64,000 nucleotides of DNA from Naegleria gruberi (lineage: Eukaryota). Made by a program: the position numbers and the translations under genes. Each line of letters begins with the position of its first letter. The first letter of the stretch is position 1. Of this stretch, positions 11,084 through 21,300 are shown piece by piece. The notes below the pieces were generated by a model that did no database searches, was not told the DNA's origin, and saw nothing but the letters and a program-made list of their open reading frames with translations. The stretch lies in NCBI GenBank assembly GCA_000004985.1, contig GG738853.1; one strand, written 5' to 3'.

Positions 11084-12070
11084 CTATTTATTCTTGATAT
11101 TATTGTAAAAATCTTGTAGTGATTGCCAATACTCAAATGGTAATCCTGTATCGTGCCGTGAAGCATCTCTAACAAAAACACCAACCATATCTCCACGTTC
11201 AATAGTGGGACACATAGCTTCTCTTAAATTAAGTTCACCATTATGAAGTTTTCCACATTTCCAATTTTCTCTCAAATGGGTAAACACTTCATAGGTTAAA
11301 ATGTCAATGCCAAAATAGCAGACAACATCATTTTCATTCTTACATGTTCTCTCCACTTCAAGCATTTGTAACTCCTCCTCTGTTATATAGAGATTGTGAT
11401 TTTCACATTGAATCTTGTTCGGTTTCTCAATAGTAGTCAGAATGGACGTATAAACAACCTCACTCTCCTTCTCCAATACTTGTCCAATCTTTAGCACACC
11501 ATTTGCATACGTATGTTTTTCTGAAATGGTATCCAATGTGACAATAGCCTTATTGAACTTGTTAAAAGCTCTAACAGCATACTGCAAACAACTTTTTCCA
11601 CTTTGAGTCCTCGATGTATAGATATGATCTCCCAACAAGACAATAAATGCCTCATTCTCCTTAATGAATTTATCAGCACAACACAACAATGCATGTCCAA
11701 ATCCAAGTTGTTCCTCCTGTACAATAAAAGTCAGAGTTTTTGAAATTTTCTCAATCATTCTCATCGAATCTTGAATTTCCTTTGCTTTTCCTTCCATAGA
11801 AAAAGCACAAGGCGCATTGAAAAATTCCTCTATAATACTCCTCTGATTTTCCTGCATGACAATACAAACTTGAATATCATCCCATCCGATTTCTGGTTGT
11901 TCTGCAAGTAGCGCCTCCACTGCATGTTCAATAATTATTAATAAAATAGGCTTGCAAAGTTTATCTTTCGGATCAAGGATTGGAAAGAGAGCCTTTGGCA
12001 TGACTTTTGATGCAGGAAACATTCTCGTGCCGTGACCTGCAATAGGTATGATGACTTTGGTGATTGCCAT
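11084..12070 (-). CDS. UTP--glucose-1-phosphate uridylyltransferase, bacterial GalU type
   Basis: Seen: the N-terminus KVIIPIAGHGTRMFPASKVMPKALFPILD matches the GalU/nucleotidyltransferase signature (A)VIP(A)AG(L)GTR(F)LPATK..PKE(M)LP(L)VD almost residue for residue. Further matches are LGFGHALLCC (GalU GLGHAVL) and LLGDHIY. It is single-exon. Confidence 0.75.
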   Translation of the reverse strand: MAITKVIIPIAGHGTRMFPASKVMPKALFPILDPKDKLCKPILLIIIEHAVEALLAEQPEIGWDDIQVCIVMQENQRSIIEEFFNAPCAFSMEGKAKEIQDSMRMIEKISKTLTFIVQEEQLGFGHALLCCADKFIKENEAFIVLLGDHIYTSRTQSGKSCLQYAVRAFNKFNKAIVTLDTISEKHTYANGVLKIGQVLEKESEVVYTSILTTIEKPNKIQCENHNLYITEEELQMLEVERTCKNENDVVCYFGIDILTYEVFTHLRENWKCGKLHNGELNLREAMCPTIERGDMVGVFVRDASRHDTGLPFEYWQSLQDFYNNIKNK

Positions 12071-12224
12071 TTTTTTTAAATAATAATTAATTATTAAATT
12101 ATTAATAAATATTAAAGATTACAAATATTTAACAATATTTAAATACTAATTTGTAAACCACGTACTAATATTACACTGTAATATTATTACATTCAACCAT
12201 GTTCCGATTTCTTCTATCAAAAAA

Positions 12225-13157
12225 ATGTCTCTCGATCAAACTTCATCTCCACCACCTCCAGAATCCAACAATTTACTCTCCTGTTGTTCCTTCAATGTTC
12301 ATCACTTCTCCACTGCATACGGAAGGAGTAACCTCACCGAATTATACAAATATTTGCATAAAAACAATTTCGACATTGTCTGCCTGAATGAAGTTTATGA
12401 AGATAGCGAGTATTCTCATCCTCTGAGAGATTTGGTTTATGCATTGAATTCATCATTACCTGAGGAGGTGGAAGTGGCTCGGCCCTATCAATATCGATCT
12501 GGACCCACTAATTATGAATCGAATATTATTCTGAGTAAATATCCAATTCTATTTCAGGAAAAGAAGGATGTTGGAAGAGGTGAAAGATCAGTACTTGGTA
12601 TTAAAATTGATCATCCATTGGTGAGGAATGTATTTGTGACTCATTTGGATCATGTGAGTGAAAATAAGAGAGTGTTACAATTGAAGAGAGTCTTGTCTTT
12701 TATGAAACACTTTATTGATAGGAAATTGGTGGATTATCCAAATGATGAGAATAAGAATTTCATTCTTCTTGGAGATTTTAATTCAATGAGAATGGATGAT
12801 TATACGGATAAGTTTTGGGATTATCTCATTAAGCAGAGAATTCAATATGGTTGGGAAGCTCCAGATACCCAAGTTACCTCCCTATTATTTAATGAACCAA
12901 CAACACCAGAAAGTCACTCCACAGAAGAAGCTGACGAACCTAAACTAAAAATGCCACTCGTGGATTGTTGGAAAGTTTTAAATCCAGATATCATATTTGA
13001 GGGAGAGAAAGGAACTGGTTCTTCAAGACTCGACACTCGAATTGACTATGTCATTAGTAATACTGAATTGCAGCCATATCTCAAACAATCATGGATTGAT
13101 TCCGATGCTTCTGGTATTTCAGATCACCTTCCTGTCGTTGTATTATTTGAGTTTTAA
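12225..13157 (+). CDS. Endonuclease/exonuclease/phosphatase (EEP) family protein
   Basis: Seen: FDIVCLNEV near the N-terminus and SGISDHLPVVVLFEF at the C-terminus are the two hallmark EEP motifs (catalytic Glu and the SDH motif). Confidence 0.6.
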   Translation: MSLDQTSSPPPPESNNLLSCCSFNVHHFSTAYGRSNLTELYKYLHKNNFDIVCLNEVYEDSEYSHPLRDLVYALNSSLPEEVEVARPYQYRSGPTNYESNIILSKYPILFQEKKDVGRGERSVLGIKIDHPLVRNVFVTHLDHVSENKRVLQLKRVLSFMKHFIDRKLVDYPNDENKNFILLGDFNSMRMDDYTDKFWDYLIKQRIQYGWEAPDTQVTSLLFNEPTTPESHSTEEADEPKLKMPLVDCWKVLNPDIIFEGEKGTGSSRLDTRIDYVISNTELQPYLKQSWIDSDASGISDHLPVVVLFEF

Positions 13158-13213
13158 TATAAAATAATTTTGAATCAAAGTAAATTCGATATCAGATACT
13201 GTCAAAAAATTTT

Positions 13214-13294
13214 CGCGGTCTACAGGATTCGAACCTGTGCGGGTCGCCCCAATTGATTTCTAGTCAATCACCTTAACCACTCGGTCAAGACCGC
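13214..13294 (-). tRNA. tRNA-Ser (anticodon AGA)
   Basis: Seen: the reverse complement GCGGTCTTGACCGAGTGGTTAAGGTGATTGACTAGAAATCAATTGGGGCGACCCGCACAGGTTCGAATCCTGTAGACCGCG folds as a cloverleaf. It has a 7-bp acceptor stem, a GGTTCGAATCC T-arm, a CTAGAAA anticodon loop and a long variable arm (class II). A poly-T follows on the coding strand. Confidence 0.85.
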
Positions 13295-13539
13295 TTCTCA
13301 TTGCAAGGTATGTATTAAGGGATTCGTTCCGGAATATTCCTGCAACACAAAAATTCAATCAATTTGCCAAATGTGAAAAAACATTTCTCAAAAATAATAC
13401 TCCTCAATCAACAGATTCAGACTGCGGATCGTGATATGAAGACCTGAAAATCATTTTGGATGGGAACAATTTTCCTCTCATTAGAAGTAAACAGTTCTTG
13501 CTTTTTACTGAAGGAATAGCATAAAATCAAAATTTCAGA

Positions 13540-13620
13540 CGCAGACTGCAGGATTCGAACCTACGAAGGTTTCCCCAACAGATTTCAAGTCTGTCGCCTT
13601 AACCACTCGGCCAAGTCTGC
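13540..13620 (-). tRNA. tRNA-Ser (anticodon UGA)
   Basis: Seen: the reverse complement GCAGACTTGGCCGAGTGGTTAAGGCGACAGACTTGAAATCTGTTGGGGAAACCTTCGTAGGTTCGAATCCTGCAGTCTGCG has a CTTGAAA anticodon loop, a long variable arm and a GGTTCGAATCC T-arm. Confidence 0.85.
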
Positions 13621-13900
13621 TTCATTTCACAGTAATATTAAGGCATTTGTGGAAAAATGTCCTTTCAGCAATTCAAACTCTAACTTTTTTTTGATAGAGG
13701 TCATTTATTGGTCAATCTGAGAAGAGGAAATTAGAATAGCAGAAGAATTGAGAGGTTTTGATGAATATACCTCCATTTCAACCAACTCATTTCATAATTG
13801 TTACCTTTGTGAAGGAAACAAATAAATACCAAAGTGTGCTAAAATAATATGAAATAAAACAATTGTTTCAATCTCAATTTATCTTCAAAGTATTTTGAAA

Positions 13901-14791
13901 ATGCACCTTCCTTTACCATGTGGTTTAAAAATTACCCGAATAGGAAAAAAAATGGCAACAACCGAGAGTACTTTATCATCCACAGAAAAGTGTTGTTGTG
14001 GAGGTGATGATTCATCATCAATGAGCACTTCTTCAACTCCATCAAATAGTATTAGCACAATAGTTGAGCCACACATGGTTGAATACAACTCCCTAACAGG
14101 ATGTAAGGAATTATTTTCTACCAATCCAAAGGTTGTTGTTCCTGGAGCAATCTACATTAAAAACTACATTTCGGAAGAGGAAGAGGAGAGAATTATGAAA
14201 TTAATTGACTCTAAGGCATGGTGCCATGAAATTTGTAGAAGAACACAAATGTATGGCTATACCTATTATCATACAAGACATAATCTTCCAACAATGCAAC
14301 CAGTTAATGAGAGCTCTTCCAATTATCAACATTTGGATTTGAAGGAATTTGATTGGCTTATTGAAAGACTTGTGGAACGGGATGGACTGTACAAGACTGA
14401 TTATGGAAATCCAACACAATGTCTTGTGAATGAATATATTGGAACACAGGGAATTAGTAGTCATGTTGATAATCCTGGTCCGTTTGGAGATATCATCACA
14501 CTGGTTTCACTCAACAAACCAATTTACATGGTTCTGAAATTGGCATCCAATGAGAATATTCAAACTAAGATTCTACTCGAACCAAGAAGTTTATTTGTAA
14601 TGAAAGACGATTCCAGATTCAAATGGAAACATGGAATTACCCATATGAAACAAGTCTACGTCCCAAGCACTGGTGAAACATTAATAAGGGATGAAAATTA
14701 CAGAAGAGTGAGTCTCACCTTTAGATTTATCAAAACAGATGGAACGAAGAAAGTTACAAATGAAGATCCAAACGCTGATGCCTTGTGGTAA
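13901..14791 (+). CDS. AlkB-like 2-oxoglutarate/Fe(II) dioxygenase
   Basis: Seen: GISSHVDNPGPFGDIITLVSL (HxD iron ligands), then KHGI (second His) and RRVSLTFR (2OG-binding Arg). This pattern matches the AlkB/ALKBH double-stranded beta-helix fold. Confidence 0.55.
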   Translation: MHLPLPCGLKITRIGKKMATTESTLSSTEKCCCGGDDSSSMSTSSTPSNSISTIVEPHMVEYNSLTGCKELFSTNPKVVVPGAIYIKNYISEEEEERIMKLIDSKAWCHEICRRTQMYGYTYYHTRHNLPTMQPVNESSSNYQHLDLKEFDWLIERLVERDGLYKTDYGNPTQCLVNEYIGTQGISSHVDNPGPFGDIITLVSLNKPIYMVLKLASNENIQTKILLEPRSLFVMKDDSRFKWKHGITHMKQVYVPSTGETLIRDENYRRVSLTFRFIKTDGTKKVTNEDPNADALW

Positions 14792-15114
14792 CAATCAATG
14801 ATGTTCGACAATAAACCAAGTTAGTTCATATCTCTGTGACTCTATTTCATTATCTAGGAAGTTGGGAACAATGGTATGATCTCAAATATCAAATGCAGGA
14901 CTTCCATTGAAGAGGATCTTCCTGACAAAAATAATAACTCAACTGTCACTAACAAAATCTTCTGCATTCTTCTTCATCTCAATATTTAACCTTCTTCTAT
15001 TAATTAATTTAATTACCTTTACTACAATTTATTATTACTGTAGTCTTGGACTAATTTGAAATAGCAAAACAACCCTTTCAGTAAAGAGTTAAATAATCCA
15101 GCGACACTTCTGAA

Positions 15115-16788
15115 ATGTCCATTCATGCCTTTATCACTCTCGGTGATTTTCAAATGCATAATTATCCAGAAATAACATCAGTGGATTCATCACCAGCCAA
15201 AAACTGGTCAAATATCGACCACTCTCATCAAGAGTACTACTCCCTTTCGAATATTATTAATTTTAATAGTAACACCTCGGAAACTTTTGCTGATGCTCAT
15301 CATCAAGAATTTAATTACCATTATCATCATCATCAGGAAGAGAATAATTATCAGTGTCGTACCACTCGTGCTATTAATAAGACCCGAATCATTCCCTTCA
15401 CTGATAAGGATGGAAGCATTAACAATAGAAGTAATATAGGTAGCATGGAAGAATTTCCATCATCACCATCATCATCAGCTCATCTACAACCAATCTCCTA
15501 TTTATCATCATCAGAGAGTTGGAATTATTCATCATCAACAATATCAACTGAAGAAAATTGCCTTGATGACTATAGAGTAGAATCACCAACAAGTTATTCT
15601 TACTCAACTAATACCGAAGAAGAAGAAGACTGCAACGATAGTTGTTTTGCATCATCATCAACATCATTCTATTATACTACCAGTAACGAGAGTTTATCTG
15701 CTGTTTCGTCAATAGTTTCTCTTGAAGAATTAAGTAATACAATGCCAATTCAAAAGAATAGTTCAAACTCCAACTTTGTACAAAGTGGTGACAGTTTTGA
15801 GGATTTGTCAATTCTCAACGATTCAGATATCATGGTTAGGGAAGAGGAAGATTGGATGTGTCTTCTTTTTCAAGATGGATTAAGAATGATTGATATTGAA
15901 TCGAGAGAATGGATTTTGGAACAAGTTGACTTTGATCAAGATTGGCAATATGTTGCTTGTTCGAATGTCTATTCAAAGAAAAAGTCAACCAACTCACAAC
16001 TTGAAAGAACTAATGTTTCAATGAATTTGAAGAATTTGAAGGATTATATTGATTGGAAGGAGTGTAAACAAGTCACTCATGTAAATAAGTATTCCAAGTT
16101 TGCCAAAACTGCTGGTAATATTCAATATTACAAACCAGCTCAACCAATTGTGAAAAAGAGCAAACTAAGCAAGGGTGTAATGGACTTTGTTTCGTCTGAG
16201 AATTTTGGAATGGCCACCATGTTGGTTTGTCCTCCTTTAATACTCGCTCATTGGTATGCTGTTTATCAAAAGGAAAGTATAGAATTGAATAGTGCCCAAT
16301 ATTTCGAATCTGAATGGGTATTCAATAATAGAGAACAATGCCTGGAATCAGTTGCCATTCTAAAGAGTTATCCTAAATACATTCAAAAACATATCAACCG
16401 ATACAGTCAAGAAGAATTAGACAAAGTCTTTCCAAAGAAAATTATTTCCAAGAGAATTGCCTACGACTATATTCGAAAGCACGGATTTAACATTGAAAAA
16501 GTTGAATCCAAAACTGGATCTACCACTCCTACTTTCTGTATCAAGTGTGGATCTGAAATTTTAATCGAGTTCATTTCCTCATTCCAATTTTGCCTTAACC
16601 TTATCAAGTTGTTTACTTTCATGTCAGTTTCATTCATTTCAAGAACTATGGCTCTTTCAGTCAATATTCTGTATGAACAATTGAGACGTGTCAATGAAGA
16701 AACTTCACACAATGAGGAACCTTTACAATCATCACCAGATGGAGAAGCCATTCTTTATCATACAAAGTTAATTTATTCATGTGAATAA
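15115..16788 (+). CDS. Hypothetical Ser/Asn-rich protein
   Basis: Seen: a 557-aa ATG ORF. The N-terminal half is low-complexity (poly-H, S and N) and the C-terminal half is globular. No recognised motif. Confidence 0.45.
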   Translation: MSIHAFITLGDFQMHNYPEITSVDSSPAKNWSNIDHSHQEYYSLSNIINFNSNTSETFADAHHQEFNYHYHHHQEENNYQCRTTRAINKTRIIPFTDKDGSINNRSNIGSMEEFPSSPSSSAHLQPISYLSSSESWNYSSSTISTEENCLDDYRVESPTSYSYSTNTEEEEDCNDSCFASSSTSFYYTTSNESLSAVSSIVSLEELSNTMPIQKNSSNSNFVQSGDSFEDLSILNDSDIMVREEEDWMCLLFQDGLRMIDIESREWILEQVDFDQDWQYVACSNVYSKKKSTNSQLERTNVSMNLKNLKDYIDWKECKQVTHVNKYSKFAKTAGNIQYYKPAQPIVKKSKLSKGVMDFVSSENFGMATMLVCPPLILAHWYAVYQKESIELNSAQYFESEWVFNNREQCLESVAILKSYPKYIQKHINRYSQEELDKVFPKKIISKRIAYDYIRKHGFNIEKVESKTGSTTPTFCIKCGSEILIEFISSFQFCLNLIKLFTFMSVSFISRTMALSVNILYEQLRRVNEETSHNEEPLQSSPDGEAILYHTKLIYSCE

Positions 16789-16794
16789 ACATTT

Positions 16795-17349
16795 TCAAAA
16801 TTCCATTCTCAAACTTCTATACTTTCTTACTATTTTTCCAAGTATATATCCAGAGCAAATTCCTAATAGCAAACTAGTCTTGTCTCCACTGATAAATTGT
16901 AATGCAAATGCTGCGAAACCAATTTCAATTTCTGATCTAGTTTTAAGATAGGAGAGATAGCCCAAAATGATATTACCAAAACCGAGCATGTGTCGATGTT
17001 GGAAGATCTTTCTCGATGGATCTGCAAACATCTTTTTGAAAATCAAATCAATGCAGACATTCACCATCAATAGACTGATCGTGATAGCAATCACTGTGAA
17101 AGATGAATATTCTCTTCTTTGGAAGAGCTTTCCTGATAACCAGAGACCATACAAGCAAATAAGAAGATGAACAACATTCCGATGAAACAAGACACTGCTC
17201 AACACCTTAAAATAATCTCCCTTTTCATAAATTTCAAAATAATTGTGTCCCACCTCATGTTCAATCGGTACAAAGGTGAATAGAATGATCAGTACGACGA
17301 TCATAAACCAAACAAAACTCAAATTTTTCATTTTTTGCCTTAATTTCAT
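16795..17349 (-). CDS. Polytopic membrane protein, rhomboid-like, possibly catalytically inactive
   Basis: Seen: FHRNVVHLLICL aligns to the rhomboid TM2 motif HxxxxHLxxNM. MLGFGNIILG sits where the GxSG nucleophile motif lies, but the Ser is Gly. LGICSGYILG sits where the TM6 AHxxG His lies, but His is absent. This is inference from motif spacing only. Confidence 0.3.
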   Translation of the reverse strand: MKLRQKMKNLSFVWFMIVVLIILFTFVPIEHEVGHNYFEIYEKGDYFKVLSSVLFHRNVVHLLICLYGLWLSGKLFQRREYSSFTVIAITISLLMVNVCIDLIFKKMFADPSRKIFQHRHMLGFGNIILGYLSYLKTRSEIEIGFAAFALQFISGDKTSLLLGICSGYILGKIVRKYRSLRMEF

Positions 17350-18371
17350 GTACTGGTAAGATGATACAATGATCCTCCAAATATTAGAAAAAATATTACC
17401 TCATATTATGATGATCGTTTGTCTGGATTAATTGATGATTGCGAGTATTTAGGGTGGTGGTTTAAAAAACATCTTGATTGTGAGCATACCATCATTGTAG
17501 AAGTATCGGTTCTTGATTTGTTTACTTATATGGAAATCGAATTCGATAAACCATACAATACTCATGAAGAACGTGAGAAGAATGAAACCTCACAAGATTG
17601 TAACGTGTCCATCCACGAATTTAGTGCAGAGGAAATCCAAGAAACGAAAGAATCAAAGATATTTGTGTTACTAGCTCTAAGTGGAGCTGGTTAGAGCCAT
17701 TCTCTATTCTATTTGAATACTAGCAACACAGCATTCACCCGTCCAATTGATTTCGGGTCTATTGAGGACAAACCCGTTCTACTGTCGAATCTTTAGAATA
17801 TATAGTCAACCAAGTTAAAAAGTTAAAACCAAACATAGATACGGATGAAGAAATCCAAAATGAAAACCAGATATTTGTTAATAATATTCAAGCAGTGCTG
17901 CAAGCTCTAAATACAAAAGTCTGTACTCCCAATGGAAAGAACGATTACGTTTTCTAGTGAAAATAAGAGATCAAAATATTTATTCTGGTGAGGAAGGTAA
18001 GGAATTTGAAGATCCCAGCCTGAGAATAGTATTTGACTATACTTTTGAGAATATTCAATTATTTAATCAATATAAGGAAAAAGTCACAACTAGTGATGTT
18101 GTAATTCTATTCAGTAAGGCTAATAATGTTGTTATTAATTACTTCAAAACAACATTTCCATTAATTTATGCAGCACTTAACGAATTCAACCATTAAATAT
18201 ACTACTACTAATTACAAGTGAGAAACTTCATTGCAAAAATAATAAGATTTCCCGCCAAAATTATTATTCCTGTTAAAGAGAATCACGTTTTGCAATTTTG
18301 GGTAATCAAGGCAAGGTTTTTTGTGACGTGTAAATTTCTCACACTTGACATTTGTAGCTTTTCAAAAAACA

Positions 18372-21300
18372 ATGACCCAACAACACTTCAGCAGTATTCA
18401 TCATTTCTTCACTTTGTTTCTTCTGCTCGTGATTATTCTTTCCACTACTACTAATATTACTTTCGTTTCCGGTCAAGCTGTTTACACTAGTTCTGTTATC
18501 GGTGGAACATTGAACGAAACAAGAGCCATCCATGCCAAAATTATTATCTTTGACAATTATGTTGGTCGTCAATTGGCTATCTCTGCCAATGGTGATATGT
18601 ATACAACTTTGGGTAGAGGAACTGTTCGTAAAATTACTTCTGATGGATTATTTGTTCCATCGGTTGCTGGAATTGAGACCAGTTATGGATTTAGTGGTGA
18701 TGGTGGGTTGGCAATTCATGCACAACTGTCATATTCGCTGGGTATATCTGTTAATCCAATGAATGGAGATGTGTACATATGTGACATAAACAATCATAGA
18801 ATTAGAAAGGTGTCGTCTGATGGTGTTATTTCTACCATCGCTGGAACTGGTAGAACAACTTTAAATCCCATCTCTCCAAATACGTACCGTCAAGAAGGAG
18901 GTTACAATGGTGATGGATTGGCAACCGCAACAGATCTTAATTATCCGAAATATGCTCAAGTTGACTCAAAGGGAGATGTCTATTTTGCTGATACATATAA
19001 TGGACTAATTAGAAAGGTTTCCAATGGATATATTACAACAATTGCAGGTTCAAAGCAAAATAGTACAGTTAATACATTTGGTATGGCCCTTAATACTACA
19101 TTTGGAGATTTGAAATCTTTTTCAATGAATTTGAATACTGGAGATTTGATGATTTATTCAAATAAGGGAATATTTAGAGTATTTTCAAACGGTACTGTTG
19201 TAGTAATACGAAACAGTTTGCTTATTTCCAATAATTATTTTGTTGACATTACATTCAAATCTGATACAGAAGTTCTTTTTGGATTGACCAATTCTATTAT
19301 TTCTTACAATTTAGTTACCAACACTTCCACTGTATTGGTAACAGTTATTTATTTATCAGGATTTACAATTTATAGAGATGAGATTTACATTACTCAATCT
19401 TCAAGAAATCTTGGACAAATCAAAAAGTTATCAATTATTGAAGGAAAAGTTAAAATTATACCAATTGCAGGAATTGAAGATGAAATGTTAGATCCATCCT
19501 ATTCCGGTCCTGTTCAAAATGTTTCTCTTCTCAATGCTAATAGAATTACAGTTAGTTCCTCAAATGAAGATGTGTATTTTAGTGAAACATATTTTAACAT
19601 TGTAAGAAGGATATCATTAAGAACAGGAATTATCTCAACAATGACTGGAACTGGTGTCTGTGGTTACATGTCAGATGAAGATGTTGCAACACAAGCTAAA
19701 TTGTGCAATCCAGTTGGATTAGCAATCAATGATTTGAATGAATTATTCATTGCAAATTCTAATTATCCTGCAATTGTCATGGTAAACAACAGTAGAATTG
19801 TTCCAATTTGTGGAAATGGAGAGTATGGTAGGTCTGTAGATGGTATTTTAGCAGTAGATTCCAAGCTGGTCAATCCTACTGAAATTTCCTTAAATCCCTT
19901 AACAGGTGAACTTTATATTTTGGATGATTACAAGGGAGCTGTAAGGAAAATATTCAAAAATGGAACAATTACTAGCGTAATTACAAAAAATTCAGGTTCT
20001 AGTGAATCTATTGACTATATTGCAGTCAACCCAAAGAGTGGTGAATTTTATTTTCTTTCCAATTCAATACTTTACAAAATGACAACCAAAGGAAGAATAG
20101 CTGTTGCAGGATCAGGTACATCATATGAAGATGGTGTTTTGGCAAAGAATTCTAAATTCAATTCTCCAAAATCAATCGCTTTCAATCCAGTAACGAATGA
20201 CATTCTAGTTACAAGTGACAATTCTATTCGAATCATATTAAGCAATGGAACAATTACAACTTTGAAATATACCAATACTGATCCATTTCCACTTTCTTCT
20301 TTAGAAGGTATTGCTGTTAGCTCAAGTGGTGATATCTATATAGTAGATGCAGGGAATTATGCTATTAGAAAGTTGACACAATGTCCAAATGGATGTTTTT
20401 ATGGACAGTGCAAAACTCCAAATATTTGCACTTGTGATAATGATCATTATGGAATTGATTGTTCGAATAGAATTGATTGGGAATCAAGAACTGCTGTCAT
20501 TATTGCACCAATTCTAGTTATATTACTTATGGGTATTATGATTATTGTAATTGTATTAATTATTTTGATTTATTATTTTAGAAAATCTATTTCAGTTAAA
20601 ATCCAACAAGTTTATGATAATTTAAAACCAAAACAAACAAATATTGAATTGAATCAATCATTGTTGGATTATCAACAACCACAATTGTTTAAAACTAATA
20701 ACATTTCAATAGAGGAAGGATTAATGAATGAAAATGATGATAGTGACGATCCTGTTAATAGATATGAGATTTTGGAAAGAATAGGAAGAGGAGGATTTGG
20801 TTCTGGTAAGTTTATTGGAAATATTTTTATTCGAATCTTTTCCTTATTAGTTTATAAAGTTAAATATATTCAAGATGGTTCGATTAGAGCCCTTAAAACA
20901 CTCAAATATGCTAACATTGAAGAGTTGAATTTAGCAATGAAAGAAGGAACCCAACTAATGAATTTATCACATCCAACCATTTTACATGTGAATGACATTT
21001 TTGTGGGTAAAAATAATTTGATATACATTGATATGGAGTATTATGAACAGGGAGATTTATGTTCTTTAATTTCAAAATCAAATGAACCTTGTAAGGAAGC
21101 AATCATTCTTCAAATTATGAATCAAATTTGTTCAGCTCTTCATTATGTTCACACTCAATTGAAATCCATTCACAGAGATGTTAAACCAAATAATATATTT
21201 ATCAAATCAGTCCATGATAATTCAATTCAGGTTATTTTAGCTGATTTTGGAATGGCTAAACAAAATCAAGGATCTTCAAATAACTCATATGCAGGCACTC

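Noticed and set aside
17350-18370. Small ORFs 17419..17694 and 17957..18196 between the rhomboid-like gene and the receptor kinase
   Set aside because: They are short (91 and 79 aa), motif-free, and could not be joined into a convincing spliced gene by eye. I left them uncalled. Either could be a real small gene, or 5' UTR exons of the kinase.
20806-20850. Read-through peptide GKFIGNIFIRIFSLL inside the kinase glycine loop in the ORF track
   Set aside because: The 45 nt are bounded by GTAAGT and TTAG. Removal restores the canonical GxGxFGSVYKV loop, so this is an in-frame intron, not coding sequence.
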